The notes beneath the pieces are model-generated. The model was not told the DNA's origin. It made no database searches and saw nothing but the letters and a program-made list of their open reading frames with translations. DNA of 64,000 nt from Psilocybe cubensis (lineage: Eukaryota), in NCBI GenBank assembly GCA_017499595.2, contig CM039001.1, positions 1-64,000 on the forward strand. Direction: 5' to 3'. Shown here piece by piece: positions 22,701-32,823 of this stretch. How positions within the stretch are numbered: position 1 is the stretch's first letter; every line of letters begins with the position of its first letter. Position numbers and translations under genes: made by a program.

Positions 22701-23241
22701 ACTTAAAACCAGATTTGATCAGGTATGGAATTGGTTTTCAGCTGCTGAACTTGGAAAAACTGTTACCGAGTACTGGTCGGCATGGTATGAACATGCCGAG
22801 AAAGGTTTGTATAGTGCAGACTCGTCCAGACCCCTTATCAAACCAGATCCAAATTACGTTCACGACCTCGATGATGTTCGCCCGGAGCTGTTCACACAGA
22901 TCCTCGTGGACGGAGAAACTGAGTTCGTACCGGATTTGAGGAAGATAGGACTACTCGGAAGTCGTTGGATAGTATCGCGAAAACGCAATACTAATCTTTT
23001 CGACCTTGCAAATGTGTGGAAGAAAACAGTCTTTCGTAAACTGGATGAAGACATCGCTGAAAAAGGTGGTGTTGTTCCCGAAACTCAAAACGTTAATGAA
23101 ACTTATCATTCTGCTTTAGTTGAAGCTGCTGAGCAGATAAGTATCGAAAGTGATAACGAGATAATACTTCATAGACGTTCAATCTCACAAGAGAGGGAAC
23201 ATCCAGAATTCGGCAGAATATCCAAATCTTACAACCGATGA
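19711..23241 (+). CDS. PLE ORF1-reverse transcriptase, 1176 aa (more divergent 5' half)
   Basis: Intact ORF with many mostly synonymous differences in the N-terminal part. Confidence 0.95.
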   Translation: MSSTYSAAFSRAMSPTLDALTQAVVNNTVFGVNDEAGRHNALIDELATVVIKKIAECRSIDQIVDCVFFDYRAALREFLLNLASWCDKRETVKASLERLELAVSAGNTPNRLRVKAPEFQLTKEFADAGSAEALRVSSTFSTARDVFQKAINDGAIQAKKDELAFWDDKCALNNCYEAAALIVKTTYDDRKSSYKLPVFSTDNKGVRRITDWVVSPQKKAECSALQTILPAIFSHIKQIVNLRHRALAIKIEKKRSTAATADVEMADATKPGPSIQSLIDKGLNARLKKLNLGSVGKKASSRNPSPIILDTNYYSNYPDFVWPEFVQGSSTSGQESWPFEIQTLVDAFAEEAPNQGFQQGRQQEEREGESSRQERSKGKGKGKSLDARSNVVPFTSVRPAFPNSIPDDILTMTKTDAVSFVHLHTPISFLLAGQYRSSVHCSPGVVVPVDITNDLSLGLNYMFFTLPSQSLIMQAWNDFQRRIRWRIYFLFKEGMNKPFDPDYGVSSKKKEKPPVLPQYMELGLSMGRRYVQRTIASIPEEALTEMRKHAFSPKRDKIRKFLIDNNYVITMTDKNLGLAVSERDWILRNELNLLEDERNYEELEFEVAQEVMKSKMIQMQTLARTVEDEHLFLFELGLSRFFLSNVPEDGSSFKYPQFHGIPKIHKKPTGFRPIIPCHSVIFNPAAKFVSKELKPIIKSTPSIIHGTKDLFTRLSQLRIDPKRQWYFVTGDVVAFYPNIPLDLCIEIVCSMYEEWLLNASEENTALAHINPNSLENNLVKLGIFKRAIEIGNTQLITQHGSRYFRQKNGLAMGVADSPDLANLFGAHFEIKSKILDHPNVAFYGRYIDDCFAIVYAESEALALNLIKETIKFDGCVIEWAVSSSGCQFLDAFIFKESGKLHWKPFVKTGNNRERVPWVSHHPLDVKRGVYIGELSRLAVLCSTKEIYIGAIRDLNALYLMRGYPENLVISWCKKNIQERWEKRFALRVAEHDESILVLKTRFDQVWNWFSAAELGKTVTEYWSAWYEHAEKGLYSADSSRPLIKPDPNYVHDLDDVRPELFTQILVDGETEFVPDLRKIGLLGSRWIVSRKRNTNLFDLANVWKKTVFRKLDEDIAEKGGVVPETQNVNETYHSALVEAAEQISIESDNEIILHRRSISQEREHPEFGRISKSYNR

Positions 23242-23947
23242 AAAGAATACTAGCGCTTAAGGCGTAAAGCATTAGAAAAAAACCCTAACCGTAAGTATTC
23301 CTTGCTATAAAGTAACAAACATCTACTTACAAGCAACACATTGGATTGAATAGCTAAACCTAAACCTAAACCCTAAACCCTAAACCCTAAGCCCTAACCT
23401 AACCCCAACCCTAAGCTAACTAAGTCTAACCTTAGTAGGAAGTAAGGTAGGCGTGTGAATTTCCGAACGGATGTGATTGTGAAGGGCCGGATCTAATTTA
23501 GTACATGGGAAAAGTTACTTAGTACTTCGGGAAAAGTTCCTTAGTACCGTGGAAACATTTTTGATGGACCGGATCATGAACTGTCCAATTAAGATTCACA
23601 ACAATCAATCAATTGATTGTTAGGTAAGGACCCAGGTAAGCTATTTATACTCTAGACATGTGAATATTCCCATGTCGCGGTTACTCGGAGCCACGTAACC
23701 AGAGTACTCTATATCCATGTGATTCACATCACAGTCAATAACCCACGATGTCAAAGAACAAAAGTGTTGGATCCATTTTTGACAGGTTACCATGTGCCAC
23801 ATTGACCCGTGACACTCTGTTCATCAGAAACCTGTCTAACTTGACAATAAACATTGACAGATTTGTGATAGTCGGTAAGATACATGACAGCTGCGCAGCA
23901 TCACTTCACGCGCTGTCATCGGATGTCTAGAACATTCCTTCTAAGAA

Positions 23948-24013
23948 TAGCCACTGAAGAGTCTATAAAGACGAAAGGGCTGGTTGTTGGGATCCCCCAA
24001 CAGCCCTCTGGCT
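23948..24013 (+). ncRNA. Intact hammerhead ribozyme
   Basis: Core and stems conserved. Confidence 0.9.
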
Positions 24014-24119
24014 TCTTTCCATTTTAACTCCCAGTTTAAACTAGTCGCTCGCACCTCGCTTCGCTCGGTGCTCGCTCCCCCCCTAAACCCAACGACTTTG
24101 CTATCACCCATCAGCCACT

Positions 24120-27100
24120 ATGTCATCCCAATACTCTGCTGCTTTCTCTCGTGCCATGTCCCCCACCCTGGACGCACTCACCCAGGCCGTCGTCAACAAC
24201 ACCGTCTTCGGCGTCAACGATGAAGCAGGCCGCCATAACGCTCTGATCGACGAGCTGGCCACTGTGGTCATCAAAAAAATAGCTGAGTGCCGCTCCGTTG
24301 ACCAAGTCATAGACTGCGTCTTTTTTGACTATCGTGCTGCCCTCAGGGAGTTTCTTCTCAACCTCGCATCGTGGTGCGATAAGAGAGAAACAGTCAAGGC
24401 TAGCCTCGAGCGCCTTGAATCTGCCGTTAGCGCAGGCAACACGCCCAATCGCCTTAAGGTGAAGGCGCCCGAGTTCCAACTCACGAAGGAATTCGCGGAT
24501 GCCGGGTCAGCGGAGGCTCTTCGAGTCTCCACTACGTTCTCTACCGCTCGTGACGTCTTCCAAAAGGCGATTAACGACGGCGCCATTCAGGCGAAAAAGG
24601 ATGAGCTGGCCTTTTGGGATGATAAATGCGCACTGAACTCTTGCTACGAAGCTGCTGCCCTCATCGTTAAGGCAACTTACGATGATCGCAAATCCAGCTA
24701 CAAGCTCCCTGTTTTCTCTACAGACAACAAGGGAGTCCGACGTATAGCAGAGTGGGTAGTGTCTCCGCAAAAGAAAGCCGAATGCAGTGCGCTGCAAACT
24801 ATACTGCCGGCGATCTTTTCTCATATCAAACAAATTGTCAACATGCGCCACCGCGCCTTGGCAATTAAGATTGAGAAAAAGCGGACGACTGCGGCAACAG
24901 CCGATGTCGAGATGGCCGACGCGACCAAACCAGGTCCGTCGATTCAATCCCTTATTGATAAGGGCTTGAATGCACGTCTCAAAAAGCTCAACCTTGGATC
25001 TGTGGGCAAGAAGGCAAGTTTTCGTAACCCTTCACCCATAATTCTGGACACTAATTATTACTCTAATTACCCAGACTTTGTCTGGCCAGAATTCGTCCAA
25101 GGCTCCTCAACCTCAGGCCAGGAAAGCTGGCCCTTCGAAACCCAAGTCGTCGTCGATGCCTTCGCAGAGGAAGCCCCAAACCAAGGCTTCCAACAAGGTC
25201 GACAACAAGAAGAAAGGGAAGGGGAGAGCTCCCGTCAAGAACAACGATCCAAAGGGAAAGGGAAAGGCAAGAGCCTAGACGCGCGGTCTACTGTAGCATC
25301 ATTTACGTCGGTGAGACCCGCCTTCCCCAACTCTATTCCTGACGATATACTCACCATGACTAAAACAGACGCGGTTTCTTTCGTACACTTACATACTCCA
25401 ATTTCATTCTTGTTGGCTGGCCAGTATCGTAGTAGTGTACATTGTAGTCCTGGTGTTTCTGTCCCTGTTGATGTAGCAAACGATCTCTCTCTCGGACTAA
25501 ATTATATGTTTTTCACACTGCCTTCTAAAAGTCTGATCATGCAAGCATGGAATGATTTTCAACGAAGAATAAGATGGCGTATCTATTTTTTGTTTAAGGA
25601 AGGCATGAATAAACCTTTTGATCCAGATTATGGAGTAAGCTCTAAGAAAAAAGAAAAACCTCCTGTATTACCGCAATATATGGAACTTGGCCTTTCGATG
25701 GGACGTCGGTACGTGCAACGCACGATCGCAAGTATCCCGGAAGAAGCCCTCACGGAGATGCGAAAGCACGCGTTCTCTCCTAAAAGGGACAAGATCCGTA
25801 AGTTTCTTATCGATAACAACTATGTTATTACGATGACAGATAAGAATCTTGGCCTCGCGGTGTCTGAACGCGACTGGATAATAAGGAATGAGCTCAATCT
25901 TCTTGAAGATGAACGCAACTACGAAGAGTTAGAATTCGAAGTTGCTCAAGAAGTTATGAAGAGCAAAATGATTCAGATGCAAACGCTCGCACGTACTGTC
26001 GAAGATGAACATCTGTTTCTATTTGAACTTGGGTTGTCTCGATTTTTTCTATCAAATGTACCGGAAGACGGATCATCGTTCAAGTATCCTCAATTTCATG
26101 GTATACCTAAAATCCATAAAAAACCTACTGGATTTAGGCCCATAATTCCGTGTCACTCTGTAGTATTTAATCCTGCAGCCAAGTTCGTATCAAAAGAGCT
26201 TAAGCCGATTATTAAATCGACTCCTTCAATCATACACGGAACGAAGGATCTCTTTACGAGATTAAGCCAATTGCGTATAGACTCCAATAGACAATGGTAT
26301 TTTGTCACTGGAGATGTAGTTGCTTTCTATCCCAATATTCCGTTGGACTCGTGCATCGAAATCGTTTGTAGTATGTACGAGGAATGGTTACTCAACGCTT
26401 CGGAAGAAAACACTGCATTAGCCCATATTAATCCAAATTCGTTAGAAAATAACTTGGTTAAATTGGGCATCTTTAAACGTGCTATCGAGATTGGCAATAC
26501 GCAATTGATAACACAACATGGGTCTAGATATTTTAGACAAAAAAATGGCCTCGCAATGGGCGTCGCGGATTCTCCGGACCTTGCTAACCTCTTTGGAGCC
26601 CATTTTGAAATAAAGTCAAAAATCTTGGACCACCCAAACGTGGCCTTCTATGGAAGGTACATCGACGATTGTTTCGCAATTGTTTACGCCGAGTCCGAAG
26701 CACTTGCACTTAATCTTATTAAAGAAACAATAAAGTTCGATGGTTGTGTTATCGAATGGGCTGTTTCCTCGTCGGGATGTCAATTTCTCGATGCTTTCAT
26801 ATTCAAGGAGTCTGGAAAACTTCATTGGAAGCCTTTTGTCAAGACAGGAAACAACCGAGAACGAGTTCCATGGGTATCACATCATCCTTTGGACGTCAAA
26901 CGTGGCGTCTACATTGGAGAGTTATCCAGGTTAGCCGTGCTATGTAGTACCAAGGAAATCTACATCGGAGCAATTAGAGACCTTAACGCTCTCTATTTGA
27001 TGCGCGGTTATCCCGAAAACCTAGTCATATCTTGGTGTAAGAAGAATATACAAGAACGTTGGGAAAAGCGATTCGCTTTACGAGTCGCAGAGCACGACGA

Positions 27101-27653
27101 ATCCATTCTTGTACTTAAAACCAGATTTGATCAGGTATGGAATTGGTTTTCAGCTGCTGAACTTGGAAAAACTGTTACCGAGTACTGGTCGGCATGGTAT
27201 GAACATGCCGAGAAAGGTTTGTATAGTGCAGACTCGTCCAGACCCCTTATCAAACCAGATCCAAATTACGTTCACGACCTCGATGATGTTCGCCCGGAGC
27301 TGTTCACACAGATCCTCGTGGACGGAGAAACTGAGTTCGTACCGGATTTGAGGAAGATAGGACTACTCGGAAGTCGTTGGATAGTATCGCGAAAACGCAA
27401 TACTAATCTTTTCGACCTTGCAAATGTGTGGAAGAAAACAGTCTTTCGTAAACTGGATGAAGACATCGCTGAAAAAGGTGGTGTTGTTCCCGAAACTCAA
27501 AACGTTAATGAAACTTATCATTCTGCTTTAGTTGAAGCTGCTGAGCAGATAAGTATCGAAAGTGATAACGAGATAATACTTCATAGACGTTCAATCTCAC
27601 AAGAGAGGGAACATCCAGAATTCGGCAGAATATCCAAATCTTACAACCGATGA
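24120..27653 (+). CDS. PLE ORF1-reverse transcriptase, 1177 aa
   Basis: Intact ORF with RT motifs. Confidence 0.95.
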   Translation: MSSQYSAAFSRAMSPTLDALTQAVVNNTVFGVNDEAGRHNALIDELATVVIKKIAECRSVDQVIDCVFFDYRAALREFLLNLASWCDKRETVKASLERLESAVSAGNTPNRLKVKAPEFQLTKEFADAGSAEALRVSTTFSTARDVFQKAINDGAIQAKKDELAFWDDKCALNSCYEAAALIVKATYDDRKSSYKLPVFSTDNKGVRRIAEWVVSPQKKAECSALQTILPAIFSHIKQIVNMRHRALAIKIEKKRTTAATADVEMADATKPGPSIQSLIDKGLNARLKKLNLGSVGKKASFRNPSPIILDTNYYSNYPDFVWPEFVQGSSTSGQESWPFETQVVVDAFAEEAPNQGFQQGRQQEEREGESSRQEQRSKGKGKGKSLDARSTVASFTSVRPAFPNSIPDDILTMTKTDAVSFVHLHTPISFLLAGQYRSSVHCSPGVSVPVDVANDLSLGLNYMFFTLPSKSLIMQAWNDFQRRIRWRIYFLFKEGMNKPFDPDYGVSSKKKEKPPVLPQYMELGLSMGRRYVQRTIASIPEEALTEMRKHAFSPKRDKIRKFLIDNNYVITMTDKNLGLAVSERDWIIRNELNLLEDERNYEELEFEVAQEVMKSKMIQMQTLARTVEDEHLFLFELGLSRFFLSNVPEDGSSFKYPQFHGIPKIHKKPTGFRPIIPCHSVVFNPAAKFVSKELKPIIKSTPSIIHGTKDLFTRLSQLRIDSNRQWYFVTGDVVAFYPNIPLDSCIEIVCSMYEEWLLNASEENTALAHINPNSLENNLVKLGIFKRAIEIGNTQLITQHGSRYFRQKNGLAMGVADSPDLANLFGAHFEIKSKILDHPNVAFYGRYIDDCFAIVYAESEALALNLIKETIKFDGCVIEWAVSSSGCQFLDAFIFKESGKLHWKPFVKTGNNRERVPWVSHHPLDVKRGVYIGELSRLAVLCSTKEIYIGAIRDLNALYLMRGYPENLVISWCKKNIQERWEKRFALRVAEHDESILVLKTRFDQVWNWFSAAELGKTVTEYWSAWYEHAEKGLYSADSSRPLIKPDPNYVHDLDDVRPELFTQILVDGETEFVPDLRKIGLLGSRWIVSRKRNTNLFDLANVWKKTVFRKLDEDIAEKGGVVPETQNVNETYHSALVEAAEQISIESDNEIILHRRSISQEREHPEFGRISKSYNR

Positions 27654-28359
27654 AAAGAATACTAGCGCTTAAGGCGTAAAGCATTAGAAAAAAACCCTAA
27701 CCGTAAGTATTCCTTGCTATAAAGTAACAAACATCTACTTACAAGCAACACATTGGATTGAATAGCTAAACCTAAACCTAAACCCTAAACCCTAAACCCT
27801 AAGCCCTAACCTAACCCCAACCCTAAGCTAACTAAGTCTAACCTTAGTAGGAAGTAAGGTAGGCGTGTGAATTTCCGAACGGATGTGATTGTGAAGGGCC
27901 GGATCTAATTTAGTACATGGGAAAAGTTACTTAGTACTTCGGGAAAAGTTCCTTAGTACCGTGGAAACATTTTTGATGGACCGGATCATGAACTGTCCAA
28001 TTAAGATTCACAACAATCAATCAATTGATTGTTAGGTAAGGACCCAGGTAAGCTATTTATACTCTAGACATGTGAATATTCCCATGTCGCGGTTACTCGG
28101 AGCCACGTAACCAGAGTACTCTATATCCATGTGATTCACATCACAGTCAATAACCCACGATGTCAAAGAACAAAAGTGTTGGATCCATTTTTGACAGGTT
28201 ACCATGTGCCACATTGACCCGTGACACTCTGTTCATCAGAAACCTGTCTAACTTGACAATAAACATTGACAGATTTGTGATAGTCGGTAAGATACATGAC
28301 AGCTGCGCAGCATCACTTCACGCGCTGTCATCGGATGTCTAGAACATTCCTTCTAAGAA

Positions 28360-28425
28360 TAGCCACTGAAGAGTCTATAAAGACGAAAGGGCTGGTTGTT
28401 GGGATCCCCCAACAGCCCTCTGGCT
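28360..28425 (+). ncRNA. Intact hammerhead ribozyme
   Basis: Same as 23948-24013. Confidence 0.9.
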
Positions 28426-28492
28426 TCTTTCCATTTTAACTCCCAGTTTAAACTAGTCGCTCGCACCTCGCTTCGCTCGGTGCTCGCTCCCC

Positions 28493-28540
28493 CCCTAAAC
28501 CCTAAACCCTAAACCCTAAACCCTAAACCCTAAACCCTAA
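28493..28540. repeat. Innermost telomeric tract (former chromosome end)
   Basis: About 7 CCCTAAA units joining the array to subtelomeric DNA. Confidence 0.95.
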
Positions 28541-28542
28541 TA

Positions 28543-30387
28543 ACAGACGGAGCGCATACTTTAATGCAAATGCAGTCTGTGATGTCATGCTATTGACTGC
28601 CATTTCAGAAGACTTTACGAGACGTGCTTACTCCAAGAGTCACAATCTCGATGCAGGTCAACACCAAACAAAAGTAGAACCATCGAAATCTGCACTGTTC
28701 AAATCTCAACATTTGTGCACACGGAGGGTTTGCCGCAGTTGCGTAACGGTTGCAAATTGCGAATCGGGACTAGCAAATTTTGGCCCGATGACAGTTATAG
28801 TGCGCTGTAAATTTGAAATTGAAGGAGTAATGCATACTTCTTGAACAATTAAACAGTTACATGATTAAATTGAACGAAAGCCATGCGAAAAAGATATTTC
28901 CAGTACACTCGTGTTAATGGGTGCTTCAGTTACCACCCCACAACACGCAACAAGCCCACGTCTGCACTCCGTAAGTTAAAGCATACATAGATCAAATACC
29001 CCGCCATGCGTGTCAGAGCGGAGTTTGAATGTCCTTGACAACAGCAAGGACAAACAACTGGACACTTGTCATCTTCCACCACCGTGAACTCTCTGTTCCC
29101 CCAGCCACTTAAACAACAGCATGAGAATTGTAGTACGTGACTGGGCAGATGTGATGCAGGATAGCAAGGTCAAGGCACAGAGGAGGGAAGAGGAGCGTCG
29201 AGGTGAGTGGTTTTTATTCAATGTTTGTTTTTTTGCCTGGAACGGACACACGGAAATCCCTGCAAGCCTCCGCCTCCATCTCTATTACCTCTATCCCCCT
29301 CTCTTTCACACACTACTGGAATACACTCTACATCGACGCCAGTGCAGCTAAACTGGGTCCATTTGACAGTTCGTGCGCTGCCTGCGTCGTGTCGGATGAT
29401 CGAGTCTGTGCTCTCTGGTGCAGTGGAAATGTTGGTTTCGCTATCTCGCTTTCCCTATGTTGTTCCCTGTACAAGTCTATACAGATATTCATGCGTTATA
29501 TGCTACCCTGTATGTACGACGTCGAGCTTGACATAGACGCCAGCACCTCTCATCCGGTTTCACCTGTTTGCTGTCATCTGTGGGTGTCTTAGTACTGGTC
29601 AGTCAGATTGTATCAGAACCATTGTACCTGCACAATCCGGTCCTCCTGAACACAGGCTCAAACAACGGACACTGCCCTTGGTGTCTCTACTACAATACTG
29701 TTGGCGTTTCCCCTGCAAGGTCTCGGTTGAGCACACCCTACACCGTTGTATGCCTCCCACATTTGCACTCTAATGAATGTACTCTCCGACCATTGTTTTC
29801 CTGATTGTGTCTTATGTGCTCTCCATTGCCTCTACCAGCACCACCTTTCCATCCCCGTCAGCGTCCCCATCCTCGTCTTTGTCTGCTTTGCCCTTCACAC
29901 AATCTATACTGATCGTACATGCGTCGCATCGTCTTGAACAAGAAGAAGAACACAATACGGCTCGCAAAATCAATGAAAAGGCACATCTAGGGGTAAGATC
30001 ACCAACAGTAACGCGCGGGGAGACGAGGGTACTGTTTGAAAGACTCGTTGACCTCGAAATGTGCGCATATATGCGCTTCAACATCAAGGGAAGTACATAT
30101 ACAATGATGCTTACGGGTTCAATAGATGTCGTTTGGGTTTAGATGGAGGTGAGGCTGATCGATCCTGTTTAGAAGCTGGGTATGCATCCAGGAGTGTTGC
30201 ACAATGTCTTTGCAAGTGAGTGGTTCGACTCGCATGCACATCATGATGGGCCTTGAGACACCTTGCTCGCAATTTCATTCGCAGTTGTCACTTTCTGCGG
30301 TTCGATGTGTTTTTTGTAAGGGCTGAGCAACCAAAGGCCGCGAAGGAAGAGGATCGCACTTTTTGCAGTTCATTATCCTGCGTGCTT
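28543..30387 (+). repeat. Segmental duplication, direct copy of 62156-64000
   Basis: Identical ORF-track translations at a constant offset of 33613 bp. Confidence 0.95.
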
Positions 30388-30879
30388 GTACATGTTTGCG
30401 AACCATTGTCCAATGTACCCTAAAGCTCAATTCTGGATTACCCACTACAACTCTACAAAATCTGGACTGCAGTGCTGTAACTATTTGACATGTAGCTTGC
30501 TCTGAGCGCCCAACCGCCGCTTTGTCAGGTCAGTTCCAGTGTGCGTTGCAACCTATTTGTCAAATATATGCGCAAATTGCTCATCTAGCGAATGGGTGAA
30601 ACCGTCTGAGAGAGGGTTGCGAATGCTGGCAGGTTTGTGGCAAAGTTGTAAGATGTGTACTTTGGATGCGCAAGGACAGGCGGATTCGTCGTTGTCGTGC
30701 AGGGTTGTGAGGCCGTTGGTGCACTTGGCGTCCATTTAGAGTTATAAGTTGTACTCGGATGTGTGGGCATGCACTGACGGTGCATTCACATTCACTGACG
30801 TACACTAACCTTCAGTGATGGCACACTGACGATACCAGGGATAGTGTGAGCAAACACAAACAAACACGAAAGCTTCCTC

Positions 30880-31496
30880 TGCTGCGCGGCGGGGTGGGGG
30901 AGTCGGCGGCAGCGGCAGCGGCGGCGGAGGCGCGGGGGTGGCGGTGCAATGACATGCAGCAATGTGTGTGTCGTTGTGGGCGGCGAGCGAAGGTGGTGGG
31001 GGCAGCAACAGGCAGCGACGAGCAGTGAACAACAACGACACGCGTCCAGTCAGGTGACCTCTCTAGGTGGGACCGACGCTGGAGGCCGGCCTCCACTCGC
31101 GCGTATGACGCGCGTACGAATCGAGGCCGGCCTCAGGTGGCCTCGACGTGTTTATTTTTAGATGGAGGCCGGCCTCCAGTGCCTGTCAAAAATTATTTTT
31201 AGACGGAGGCCGGCCTCCAATGCCTGTCAAAGTTATTTTTAGACGGAGGCCGGCCTCCAGTGACCTCCATCTATTTGGAGGCCGGCCTCCAGTGACCTCC
31301 ATCAATTTGGAGGCTGGCCTTGGTAAAATACACCTTTAATTGCATAGCACCTCCGTATGTACAAAATAAAATATTTTGAAAGTGTATTTGGGGGTTTTTG
31401 GGGTCCAGGAATCCGAATCTGCCATCAGATTTCTGGAATTCTGAACAGGAGGCCCAATGCAACAAAGGCCCCCCCTTCGGGGGGGAATAAGCCTAG
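30880..31496 (+). mobile_element. GC-rich non-autonomous element, copy A (palindrome array, hairpin-CTAG end, Helitron-like)
   Basis: GGAGGCCGGCCTCC array, AT-rich spacer, CCCCCCC-TTC-GGGGGGG hairpin, then AATAAGCCTAG. 5' boundary approximate. Confidence 0.55.
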
Positions 31497-31574
31497 GGTA
31501 AGATGACTAGTTATAAAAAATTTAACAAAATTACAGTACAGCAAGGCCGAGATGTATCAAAGACAAGACAGCAA

Positions 31575-32823
31575 AATGGCAGCGACAGGAGGCGAGTAGA
31601 GGCAGCGCGGCGGCAGCGACAGGCGGCGACGGCGGGACGACAGGCGGCGACGGCGGAATGACAGGCGGGGAGGGGAGGCGGCAGCGGCAGCGGCGGCCCG
31701 GTGTGGCGGCGCAACAACACGCAGCAGAGTGCGTGTCGTGGTGGGCGGCGAGTGGACGCGACGGCGGGACGACGCGCGGTGACGTCGTGACGACAGGCGG
31801 CGACGGCGGGACGACAGGCGTTGACAGCGGAATGACAGGCGGCGAGGCAGGCGGCAGCGGCAGCGGCGGCCCGGTGTGGCGGTGCAACAACACGCAGCAG
31901 AGTGCGTGTCGTGGTGGGCGGCGAGTGGACGCGACGGCGGGACGACGCGCGGTGACGTCGTGACGACAGGCGACGACGGCGGGATAACACGCGGTGACGG
32001 CTGAACGACATGCGGCAACGGCGGGACGACAGGCGGCGACGGCGGGACGACACGCGCTGACGGCGGAATGACAGGCGGCGAGGGAAGGCGGCAGCGGCAT
32101 GACAGGGGACGAGGAGAGGCGGCAGCAGCAGCAGCGGCCCGGGTGTGGCGGCACAACAACACGCAGCAGAGTGCGTGTTGTGGTGGGCGGCGACTAGACG
32201 CGACGTCGGGACGACGCGCGGTGACGTCGTGACGACAGGCGGCGACGGCGGGATGACACGCGGTGACGGCTGAACGACAGGCGTCGAGTGGAGGTGGCGG
32301 CAGCAGCAGTGGCCCGGAGGTGGCAGCGCAACAACATGCAGTGGCAAGCGCAGGCGTCGGGCAGACGGCGAGCGCAAGCGTTGGGACGGCAAGCGCTGGC
32401 GTTGGGACGGCAAGCGCTGGCATCGGGACGGCGAGCGCTGGCATCGGGACGGCGAGCGCTGGCATCGGGAGACAGGCGGGAGGCCGGCCTCCAGTGCCTG
32501 TCAAAAATTTATTTTTAGACGGAGGCCGGCCTCCAGTGCCTGTCAAAAATTTATTTTTAGACGGAGGCCGGCCTCCAGTGCCTGTCAAAAGTTATTTTTA
32601 GACGGAGGCCGGCCTCCAGTGGCCTCCATCAATTTGGAGGCCGGCCTCCGTAAATTACACATTTAATTATGTAGCACCTCCGTATGTACAAAATAAAATA
32701 TTTTGAAAGTGTATTTGGGGGTTTTTGGGGTCCAGGAATCCGAATCTGCCATCAGATTTCAGGATTTCTGAACAGGAGGCCCAATGCAATGAAGGCCCCC
32801 CCTTCGGGGGGGAATAAGCCTAG
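31575..32823 (+). mobile_element. GC-rich element, copy B, with expanded minisatellite
   Basis: GACAGGCGGCGACGGCGG-type and GCGCTGGCATCGGGACGGCGA tandem repeats, then the same palindrome array and end. 5' boundary approximate. Confidence 0.55.

Larger units (their letters stand above)
218..28495 (+). mobile_element. Tandem array of telomere-associated, endonuclease-less Penelope-like retroelements (Coprina type)
   Basis: Repeated ~4.4 kb unit (3.5 kb RT ORF plus ~0.85 kb pLTR), all with 5' ends toward the chromosome end. 5'-truncated copies are capped by telomeric repeats. PLE-type RT motifs are present and no GIY-YIG domain is recognisable. Confidence 0.93.

Noticed and set aside
31081-31320. 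Palindrome-spacer arrays as CRISPR
   Set aside because: Eukaryotic context, spacers are near-identical to each other, repeats are only 14 bp, and there are no cas genes.
31511-32601. Long ORFs (200-343 aa) in several frames
   Set aside because: They result from stop-poor GC-rich minisatellite and give low-complexity translations in all frames.
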